A stretch of 64,000 nucleotides of DNA from contig OZ251539.1 of NCBI GenBank assembly GCA_965243135.1, positions 672,001 to 736,000 on the forward strand, written 5' to 3'. The position numbers and the translations under genes are program-made. The notes below the pieces were generated by a model. It was not told where the DNA came from. It searched no databases and worked only from the letters and a program-made list of their open reading frames with translations. This document shows positions 12,524 through 20,985 of this stretch, piece by piece. Position 1 is the first letter of the stretch, and each line of letters opens with the position of its first letter. The stretch comes from Alphaproteobacteria bacterium. GTDB lineage: Bacteria; Pseudomonadota; Alphaproteobacteria; MPNO01; UBA830.

Positions 12524-13987
12524 CTAAAGGGCCGACGTCCGCCAGAGATCGATAGCGCGAATGATACTTTCTTCAAGCCAGGGAGAAAAGCGATTCTCCG
12601 CCTGCTGCCTCGGTTCCCTGTAGTTGATCTGGAATACGCTGTCCGTCACAGGCTTGATCGCCCCTATCTCGCGTTCCCCCTCTTCGGTTTCGACTCTCTG
12701 GAACCAGCAAGACGAACATGCGAGCACGCCCTGATATTCCGGTCCAATCCCGTGAAACGATATCAATAATTCGCTTTGGTCGGTATTTCTCATAACCAAC
12801 CTCGCCCAAGAGCGATATGTGTGGGTATTTGCAAAATAACCAAGTTCTTTCGCTGTCTGCACGATTTGAAAGCGATAATAATGGTCATTGCTTTCGCCGT
12901 GTACGGCGCCGCCCGAAAAGAAAGTCGCATTCGTTATCAGTCCCTGCGTTTCCCTCTTCATGGTTTCCGCTATTTCGCTCAGGCGTTGAACCGTAGATTC
13001 GTGAAGCGATTTGGCGAGGTCTCGCGCAGCTTGCCATTCTTTCGCTAAAGATTGCTTCTTTTTCTGTAATTCTTTCCGAACTGCCAGAATTGCGTCCTCG
13101 GCGCGAGCTGATTTGATAACATCTTGGGCAATGCTCAAGGCTCTTATGAATTCGTCCTTTTGCAATCTTGAAAAATACTCGACCAATTGTCCGAGATCGC
13201 CCGCATCCGCAGCCTCGAGAGCTCCAATGTAAATGCTGCGCTCCCGGTCACGAACGACTAGCGGAAACCAACCATGCTTCACGAAAACCAGCGTAGCCAG
13301 CGCTCTTGCCACGCGCCCGTTCCCATCCTGAAAGGGATGAATTTGAGTGAATCTGTGATGCAGCCATGCTGCTTCCACTTCAGGTTGGACGCTGCTCCTT
13401 TCGTGATCGAGATGCATATCGATCAAACGATCCATTTCGCCGGATACGTGAATAGGCGGGCAATACTCATGAACTGCGCCATTATGCCTTTGGGGATTGT
13501 TGGGTTGTTTTTTGTACTCTCCAGAAATCAACGGGACTTGAACGGTTCTTCCCAAATTATCGACGCCTTCCACCGTAGATTGATGATTGGTAAAACGACA
13601 ATGTATTTCCTTTATATAACTTGTCGATAAACTGCGTTCTCCTTTTATGAATTCAAAAATGCCGTCGACAACGGATTCGTGATCGTTGATCATGGAAACG
13701 ACGATTTCAGGGTTTCGTGCCGCATTATGTGGAATGAGTGATGCGTCAATACCGTGTTCGATCAACAGCTGAGTGATGCCTCTATCGAGAACGTATAGGC
13801 GTTCAACCAAACCGGTTTCTATAGCCCACTCGCGCTTCAATTTTTCGTTAAATTTTTGGAACGCGTCCAATCCTTGGAGTCGGTCTCGTTGTTCTTGCCA
13901 TACGCTTGCAAGCGTTCTGAGTTCGGGTTGCGACAGTTTTTCCGGGCTAACGGTATAGTCGTCAATCGGCGTCCATCCATGGTTCAT
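12524..13987 (-). CDS. Fic-domain protein with long C-terminal extension
   Basis: Canonical HPFQDGNGRVAR motif; visibly more AT-rich than the flanks. Confidence 0.9.
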   Translation of the reverse strand: MNHGWTPIDDYTVSPEKLSQPELRTLASVWQEQRDRLQGLDAFQKFNEKLKREWAIETGLVERLYVLDRGITQLLIEHGIDASLIPHNAARNPEIVVSMINDHESVVDGIFEFIKGERSLSTSYIKEIHCRFTNHQSTVEGVDNLGRTVQVPLISGEYKKQPNNPQRHNGAVHEYCPPIHVSGEMDRLIDMHLDHERSSVQPEVEAAWLHHRFTQIHPFQDGNGRVARALATLVFVKHGWFPLVVRDRERSIYIGALEAADAGDLGQLVEYFSRLQKDEFIRALSIAQDVIKSARAEDAILAVRKELQKKKQSLAKEWQAARDLAKSLHESTVQRLSEIAETMKRETQGLITNATFFSGGAVHGESNDHYYRFQIVQTAKELGYFANTHTYRSWARLVMRNTDQSELLISFHGIGPEYQGVLACSSCWFQRVETEEGEREIGAIKPVTDSVFQINYREPRQQAENRFSPWLEESIIRAIDLWRTSAL

Positions 13988-15413
13988 GGAAGGTTCTCCA
14001 GAACAGCCATCGTCCGGTGCAAGTTATCTCTCTTCGAATCTGGAGATGCGTATCGGACGAAGAATTTCGTGCAGAAGACAATATAGATGAGATGCTTGTC
14101 CGGTCAAGGTCGGACGCTCAAGCCTGCGTCACGCTCTTCGCCGCAGGCGAGCGTCGGTGCATTCTTTCGGTCAAGGCGTCCGAGGCCGATCAACTGTGAG
14201 CGCATGGCCATCCGCAAGACGCCGAAGTGGTTCGCGGATCTCCCTGTTTTCGGAATGGTCGCATGCTTCCATGCTGTCCACGGCGGGGAAAGGGCTGAGC
14301 AAATCCGCGCGAAGGCGCGCTGCGCCTTCCGACGGTAGCTGTAAGTGCGCATTGCGAGGTATGGCGCTTCTGAAACGCGGCGTCCGTCCGTCTTTCCCGA
14401 TCGAGGATCGCTTTGCGCCATGCCGTACCCCAACCGCCAGGCGTCGACGTACATCGTGCTTGGCGACCCCGGTTCGTCGAGTAACGCTACCCGTCCTTCG
14501 GAACGGTATGGAAGCCCTGCCGCCTCGCTGTTTCCGCAATCTCCTGCTCGGAAACCACATCGTCGAGGGCGCGTACGCGCAGGGCGGCGCCGACAGCCGC
14601 CCCGCGCCTGCTCTTCAAAATCATCCGCGCTGGCAAGATGCTGGCGGCTCAGACGCTCGTCGGCTTCATCGTGCCCGAACTGCGCTTCGGGCCAGCGGAA
14701 GCGCGCAAGTCGAGGTTCGCGACGCTCTATCGTCAGGTCGTTCCGCAGGTGATGAAGGTGTGTTTTCTTCCGCTCGTCGAGACAGGACAGCATTTCCTTC
14801 GCGAAACGTCAATAGCGCTTTCCGGACTTATGGCCGGAAGGGCTTTCCGCCGTGGCGAACCGAGGTAACGGAGCAAGGATCCGGAGACGGCTCGGAGATC
14901 ATGCAGGACATCGGCATAAAAATCGTTGATGCATGCATAACCATGGCCGACATGCAGTGCGTCAAGTCCCGGTCGAGCACAGCCTCCTATGGTCTCGGAC
15001 CGAGCCGCCGCCAATTCTACAGGAGCCGTTCAGCGAGCAGGTAGCTGGCAGCGGCCGACATCCACGCGCTCGACGTCTTTGACGACGGCCGGCAAGCTGT
15101 CGTTCGCCGTCATGGAGAGCAGGCCGAAGGTTGCCTCCGCTGGGCCCCGCCAAGGGATTCGCAGGACAGGGGATTTTCAGTTCGTTCGACCATCTCGCCA
15201 GCCCGCCGGCCCGTCTCGGCATGGCGTTGCCGCTGCCCGGTTCGTAGCCGCCTCCCGTCGCTCGCCGAGACGGCCTCGTCGGCTCGGCAGCGAGAATTGT
15301 CGACAGCTCGTTTTCTCCGAGGCTGCCGACCGGTCGATGCGTTCGGAACGAATTCGCCGGGCCGTCGGGCATACGGTATGCTGGAGCGTCCCGAGACGGA
15401 AGTGACGCTCTGC

Positions 15414-17600
15414 ATGAATTCTTCGATTCCTGCCGCCGACCGCGAAGTTCTTGCCGGCCCTGTCGAGCGGGTAACCTTTCACAACGAAGAGAACGGGTAC
15501 TGCGTACTGCGCGTCAGGGCGCGAGGGCAGCGCGAGCCGGTCGCCGTCATCGGTTACGCTGCGACCGTTTCCGAGGGCGAATGGATTACCGCTTCCGGCG
15601 ATTGGGAGGAGGATCGCAAATACGGTCGGCAGTTTCGCGCCGGGTTCATAAGGGTGTCCGAACCCACGTCCGCCGACGGGATCGAGAAATATCTCCGTTC
15701 GGGCATGATCCAGGGCATCGGGCCGATCTATGCGAAGAAACTGGTGCGCGCGTTCGGCGACCGCGTGTTCGAGGTGATCGAAGAGACGCCCGAGCGCCTT
15801 CGGGAAGTGGACGGCATCGGCCCCATGCGGGCGGAAAGAATAACGGCCGCCTGGGCCGAGCAGAAGGCGGTCCGCGAAATCATGATTTTTCTGCACGAGC
15901 ACGGGGTCGGGACGGCGCGCGCGGTCCGCATCTTCAAGACCTACGGCTCCGATGCGGTCCAGGTGATGACCGTCAACCCATATCGTCTGGCGCGCGACAT
16001 TCGCGGCATCGGATTCAAGATCGCCGACGCCATCGCCATGCGGCTCGGCATAGAAAAGACTGCCGAGGTGCGAATCCGGGCCGGGATTTCCCATGCGCTC
16101 GCCGAAGCGGTGGAGGAAGGACATTGCGGCTTGCCGAAGGACGAGCTTCTTCCCTTTGCTGCGGAGCTTCTGGACGTTCCGGCGACGCTTGTCCCTTCCG
16201 CCCTCGATCTGGAACTCGGGGATGGACATGTCGTCGCCGACGAGGCCGACGGGACGCCGTGCATTTTCCTGGCGAACCTTTACCGGGCCGAGCGGATTAT
16301 CGCCGGCAAATTGCGTTCGCTTTCCGCCGGCGCGCTTCCGTGGTCGCCGATCGATCCGCATCGAGCGTTGCCGTGGCTCGAACGGCAAACCGGGTTCAGG
16401 CTTGCGGATGGCCAGAAGGAGGCCGTCCGCATGGCGTTGGCGTCGAAGGTCATGGTGGTCACCGGCGGTCCGGGCGTCGGCAAAACGACGATCGTAAATT
16501 CCATTCTTCGCATTCTGTCGATCAGGAAGGTTCGCATCGTCTTGTGCGCTCCGACCGGCCGCGCGGCCAAGCGCATGAGCGAGGTCACCGGCAAGGAAGC
16601 CAAGACCATACATCGGCTTCTCGAAGTCAACCCCAGGTCGGGCGGCTTCAGGCGGAACGCCGATAACCCGCTCGACTGCGAACTCTTGGTGGTCGACGAG
16701 ACCTCGATGGTCGACGTTCCTCTCATGCTGGCGTTGGTGAACGCGGTTCCCGACAGCGCCGCGCTGTTGATGGTCGGCGACATCGACCAACTGCCCTCGG
16801 TCGGTCCGGGACAGGTGCTTGCCGACGTCATCGGTTCCTCGGTTCTCCCGGTCGCGCATCTTGCGGAGGTGTTCCGTCAGGCGGCTCGCAGCCGCATCGT
16901 CGAAAACGCGCACCGCATCAACGAAGGGATCGTTCCCGATCTCGGCAAGCCCGACCGCGAGAGCGACTTCTATTTCGTGCCGGCGGAAAACCCGGACGCC
17001 GCGGCGTCGAGGATCCTCGATCTCGTCCGCAACCGCATACCGCAGCGTTTCGGTTTCGATCCGGTGCGCGACATCCAGGTCCTGTGCCCCATGAACCGCG
17101 GCGGATTGGGGGCCCGCTCGCTCAACGTCGAGCTGCAGGCGGCCCTGAATCCGGCCGGCGACCGCAAGGTGGAGCGTTTCGGATGGACGTTCGCGCCCGG
17201 CGACAAGGTCATGCAGATCGAGAACGACTACGACAGGGACGTCTACAACGGCGATATCGGCTACGTCGTCGATGCCGATCCCGAACTCGGCGAGGTGACG
17301 GCTGAATTCGACGGCCGCAGGGTGGTCTATCGCTTCGGCGATCTCGACATGCTGGTGCCGGCCTACGCGGTCACCATCCACAAGAGTCAGGGTTCGGAAT
17401 ATCCCGCGGTCGTCATTCCGCTCATGACGCAGCATCACGTCATGCTGCAAAGAAACCTGCTCTACACGGGCGTCACCCGAGGCAAGCGGCTGGTGGTCCT
17501 CGCCGGTCAGAGAAGGGCCGTCGCCACCGCGGTGCAGAGCGTGTCCGGGCGCCGCAGGTGGTCGAGGCTCCGGGAATGGATGGGCGGAACGGCATCCTGA
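15414..17600 (+). CDS. recD2: RecD2/TraA-like SF1B DNA helicase
   Basis: N-terminal VERVTFHNEENGY OB-like region, HhH repeats (GIGP, GIGF), Walker A GGPGVGKTT, VDETSM, GDIDQLPSVGPG, YAVTIHKSQGSEY. Confidence 0.93.
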   Translation: MNSSIPAADREVLAGPVERVTFHNEENGYCVLRVRARGQREPVAVIGYAATVSEGEWITASGDWEEDRKYGRQFRAGFIRVSEPTSADGIEKYLRSGMIQGIGPIYAKKLVRAFGDRVFEVIEETPERLREVDGIGPMRAERITAAWAEQKAVREIMIFLHEHGVGTARAVRIFKTYGSDAVQVMTVNPYRLARDIRGIGFKIADAIAMRLGIEKTAEVRIRAGISHALAEAVEEGHCGLPKDELLPFAAELLDVPATLVPSALDLELGDGHVVADEADGTPCIFLANLYRAERIIAGKLRSLSAGALPWSPIDPHRALPWLERQTGFRLADGQKEAVRMALASKVMVVTGGPGVGKTTIVNSILRILSIRKVRIVLCAPTGRAAKRMSEVTGKEAKTIHRLLEVNPRSGGFRRNADNPLDCELLVVDETSMVDVPLMLALVNAVPDSAALLMVGDIDQLPSVGPGQVLADVIGSSVLPVAHLAEVFRQAARSRIVENAHRINEGIVPDLGKPDRESDFYFVPAENPDAAASRILDLVRNRIPQRFGFDPVRDIQVLCPMNRGGLGARSLNVELQAALNPAGDRKVERFGWTFAPGDKVMQIENDYDRDVYNGDIGYVVDADPELGEVTAEFDGRRVVYRFGDLDMLVPAYAVTIHKSQGSEYPAVVIPLMTQHHVMLQRNLLYTGVTRGKRLVVLAGQRRAVATAVQSVSGRRRWSRLREWMGGTAS

Positions 17601-17865
17601 ACGGCGACCTCTCCGGCCTGCCTCTTCCTGCCGGTCCCACTCCCTGCCGCCGAGCCTCCACGCCTCCGCCTCGTGTCCTGGCGACGACGTGGATTCCGCA
17701 GGGACGCGCTTCACGCTCCTGGCCCACCGGCAGGACAACCGAGGGAACGGACTGTACGCAAGCGCCAGGAGCCGTGGGAGGTGTCGGCGCGCGCGGCGGC
17801 ACGGAGTTCGGGGATCGCAGGGAGGTTGCCGAGGCTCGCGCCGTTCTTCCTCGCCATGCGCCGGT

Positions 17866-17894
17866 TTGACGGGCGGCGGCGATGCGCCTATAGT
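17866..17894 (+). promoter_or_regulatory. Sigma70-type promoter of the four-gene ATPase/helicase operon
   Basis: TTGACG (17866-17871), 17-bp spacer, TATAGT (17889-17894), 18 nt before GTG 17913. Confidence 0.75.
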
Positions 17895-17912
17895 GACCCC
17901 AACGAGAAAATC

Positions 17913-18731
17913 GTGGAAATCAATGAAGTGACCAGTTTCGAACAAGCGTTCGGCGATGCGGAAAACGCGGCCGAAGCGGCCCGAAAGTCCGCGTCCCAGG
18001 TGGTCTCGCAGGCCAAGGCCCTGACGAAAGCCGCGCAAAGCGGCAACATCGCCGCCATCAAACGCGGCCAGGAGAAACTCAAGGAAGCCTTGGCGGAGCT
18101 TGAGCAGGAGGTTTCCAACGCCAGCGCCTGTTGGCCGTTTACGGACGAGGAAGAGAAGCGGAAATTCGACGACGGATATGCCGCCGAGCTCCAGAACGCT
18201 GCCGACGGGATCGGCCTGAAAATCTACGAACGGGACGGACTTCTGATTTCCTATCCATCCATCGTGCGCACGTTGTCGGCGGACTGCGCCGTGAGGGTGG
18301 ACAGGAAGAAGGTTTCCACGATAAGGCCGTCGTATCTTGCCGATTTTCTGCTCAAAAATCAGAACAAATCCAGCGGGTTTCCGCCGGAACGTTTTCTTGA
18401 GACGTTGCATGCCGTTTACAAGGAAGTGGTTTCCGAAGGGGCTTCGGGTCTTGCGCAGGGCAGCGGCGGCCGCGTCGTTCCGCTGGCCAGAATTTACAGG
18501 CTGATAACGGCCCTGCCGGGCGGTTCGCGGGAATACGATCGCGCGGATTTCGCTCGGGATCTGTACAAGCTCGACTCGGAGGGGATCGACCGCACCAAAA
18601 GCGGAGCCGCGGTCTCCTTTCCGTCTTCGACGGGAACCCGCCGGCGTTCGAGCGACCTGTTTTCGTTCGTCGGACCGGACGGCAATAACGTCGAGTACTA
18701 CGGCATCCGCTTCAGTGAGAACGACGCATGA
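17913..18731 (+). CDS. Hypothetical protein (N-terminal coiled coil; possible C-terminal winged-helix-like region)
   Basis: Clean ORF. Start placed at in-frame GTG 17913 because of the promoter; the stop overlaps the next start (ATGA). Confidence 0.8.
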   Translation: MEINEVTSFEQAFGDAENAAEAARKSASQVVSQAKALTKAAQSGNIAAIKRGQEKLKEALAELEQEVSNASACWPFTDEEEKRKFDDGYAAELQNAADGIGLKIYERDGLLISYPSIVRTLSADCAVRVDRKKVSTIRPSYLADFLLKNQNKSSGFPPERFLETLHAVYKEVVSEGASGLAQGSGGRVVPLARIYRLITALPGGSREYDRADFARDLYKLDSEGIDRTKSGAAVSFPSSTGTRRRSSDLFSFVGPDGNNVEYYGIRFSENDA

Positions 18732-19687
18732 ACAACGCGATATCCGGCGACGAGTGGCTTGACGTCATTGATGCGGAATATCTTTCCACCTTCGTCAGGG
18801 ACGGCGGATCCGCCGTCAAATTCGCGGTGACGGGAGAGGAACGAAGACCGTCCATATCGGAAAAGATAAAACTCAAATGCGAGGCGTCGAATTACGTTTT
18901 TGCGCAACTGAACGCCGTCGACAGCCGCATGCATATGCCGCAGGACATTTTTTTCGGACTGGCGTCCCGGATCGACTGGCGGCTATTGGCGCGCCGCGTC
19001 GTCTTGCGCCTTCTTTCGGAGACGAAGTATCGCGTCGACGGCATCGATCCCGGCGGGGCCGGCAACGTCGTCGACGCCGTAGCTTACGCCAACGGGCTTG
19101 AATCTCAAACCGTTGTCTTCGAACTTAGGAGGGCCTTGGAGAGGGAGGTATTGAAAAATCCCAATCTGGCGAAGGCGTTTCGCGGGGCCATGCATCATCT
19201 CTGCCTGATCGAGTGCGATAGCGCTGCGCCCGGGGAGTATGCCGGGCAGCCGTTGCTGGATTGGCTCACGGGCGTCAACATCCGCGTCGGCAACGTGCGC
19301 CAGTTCGGGATACATACCGGCATAAATCGAACGACGGCGCGCTATTTCGTGGAGTCGGCCTTTCACTGGGTGCGTCAGGCGGAATATTCCGGAACGGTCA
19401 TTTTTTTGGACAACAGCCGCGTGCTCTTGGCTCGCAACCCGAGAGACGGCCGACGATACTATACCAGGGCGATGACGATGGATCATTACGAATTGCTGCG
19501 CGAGTTTATCGACGACGTGGATCGATTGTCGGGAGCGTTGCTGATCGTTGCGACCGATTACGATTTCGTGGACGAGCAAGCGCCGAGGGGGTGGAGCGTC
19601 TACGACGCGCTTCGGACGAGAGTGATGGACGACGTGCGGGACAGGAACCTGGTCAATCCAGCGGCCGCGCTGGTGAGGCTTTCATAG
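18728..19687 (+). CDS. DUF2791/BrxD-like P-loop protein with degenerate Walker motifs
   Basis: GGSAVKF strand, LLDWLTG, YSGTVIFLD, YELLREFIDD, YDALRTRV resemble BrxD/DUF2791; no GxxxxGK[ST], and Walker B reads LDN. Confidence 0.72.
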   Translation: MNNAISGDEWLDVIDAEYLSTFVRDGGSAVKFAVTGEERRPSISEKIKLKCEASNYVFAQLNAVDSRMHMPQDIFFGLASRIDWRLLARRVVLRLLSETKYRVDGIDPGGAGNVVDAVAYANGLESQTVVFELRRALEREVLKNPNLAKAFRGAMHHLCLIECDSAAPGEYAGQPLLDWLTGVNIRVGNVRQFGIHTGINRTTARYFVESAFHWVRQAEYSGTVIFLDNSRVLLARNPRDGRRYYTRAMTMDHYELLREFIDDVDRLSGALLIVATDYDFVDEQAPRGWSVYDALRTRVMDDVRDRNLVNPAAALVRLS

Positions 19688-19699
19688 GGGGCCGGTCGG

Positions 19700-20962
19700 A
19701 TGCCGAACCAGGAAAACGCGACGCTGGATTCCCGTCGGGCGATCGAAGCTTTGCGCAACGGCGTTCCGAACCGGGAAGCCGTGCGCCAGTTGGGCTGCAA
19801 TCAGCCGCAGGCGATCGCCCGTTTCCGCGAGATGCTGGATCATGCTGTCGAGCGTCGCGAGTCTCCGGACCGGGGCATGGTGATTTCGGGAGATTTCGGT
19901 GCGGGAAAGTCGCACCTTCTGGGTTATCTGGAACACATGGCGCTGTCCCGGAACTTCGTTTGCAGCAGGGTGGCGATCAGCAAGGAAACGCCGTTCTACG
20001 ATCTCGGAAAGGTGTTCGCGTCCGCCGTCGAGAACGGTCGCCTGCCCGACCGGGGCGGACGCTTCGTCGAAGAGTTGGCGGCGGCTTTGAAAAGCGACCC
20101 GGACGCATGCGGGGATTTCCTCAGGTGGGCCGAGGTTGCCGCCGACGACGGACTCTTGAATCAAGTCTTTGCCGCGAGCCTGCGAGTATACGATAGAACT
20201 CAGGATTCCGAATTGAGTCACGATATCGAATCCTTTTGGGCCGGAGACAGAATGCGGACTGCGAGCATACGCGGCGGGCTCAGGCAGATCGGGGAGTCGA
20301 AAAAGTACAAGTTCCGGGCTCCGAAGGTTTCGGAACTCCCGCCTCAGCGGCTTCGGTTCGCGATCGAGCTCGTCAAATACGCAGGTTACAATGGCTGGGT
20401 CATTTTGCTGGACGAAATCGAACTTATGGGTTCGTATTCGATATTGCAGCGCGGACGTTCCTATGCGGAGGTGGCGCGATGGATGGGACTCGCCGAAGGC
20501 GAGGCGTACCCCGGGATGATCGCGGTCGGCGCGGTAACGGCGGATTTCGCGTCCGTCATCATCAGTCCCGACGGGCAGAAGAGGGACCGGGACTACATCC
20601 GTCCGAAGCTGGAAGGCAACCCCAGATTCAACGTGATTTGCGGACGGGCGGAAGCCGGCATGCGAGTGCTGGAGGACGACTGCCTGGCCTTGGAATCGCC
20701 CAGCGAAGCGGACTTGAATCAAACCGTGGAGAAGTTGCGGCTGTTGTACGAAAACGCCTATGGGTGGTCGCCGCCTATGCAGAATGCGACCATCGGAGGC
20801 GCGGGATTCCAGAGACGAATGCGACACAAGGTGCGCGCCGCGATCAACGAATGGGATTTGATCCGGCTGCATCCTGATTACGGACCGGATACGGAGGTCG
20901 ATCCTTATTCTACAGGATACGAGGAAAATTCCGATCTGGAGCGCGAATCCCGGGACGGGTAG
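19700..20962 (+). CDS. DUF2791/BrxD-like P-loop ATPase
   Basis: AIEALRNGVP N-terminus, Walker A GDFGAGKS, Walker B GWVILLDEIE. Confidence 0.82.
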   Translation: MPNQENATLDSRRAIEALRNGVPNREAVRQLGCNQPQAIARFREMLDHAVERRESPDRGMVISGDFGAGKSHLLGYLEHMALSRNFVCSRVAISKETPFYDLGKVFASAVENGRLPDRGGRFVEELAAALKSDPDACGDFLRWAEVAADDGLLNQVFAASLRVYDRTQDSELSHDIESFWAGDRMRTASIRGGLRQIGESKKYKFRAPKVSELPPQRLRFAIELVKYAGYNGWVILLDEIELMGSYSILQRGRSYAEVARWMGLAEGEAYPGMIAVGAVTADFASVIISPDGQKRDRDYIRPKLEGNPRFNVICGRAEAGMRVLEDDCLALESPSEADLNQTVEKLRLLYENAYGWSPPMQNATIGGAGFQRRMRHKVRAAINEWDLIRLHPDYGPDTEVDPYSTGYEENSDLERESRDG

Positions 20963-20985
20963 CTTCCGGCCGGCCGGAACGCAGC

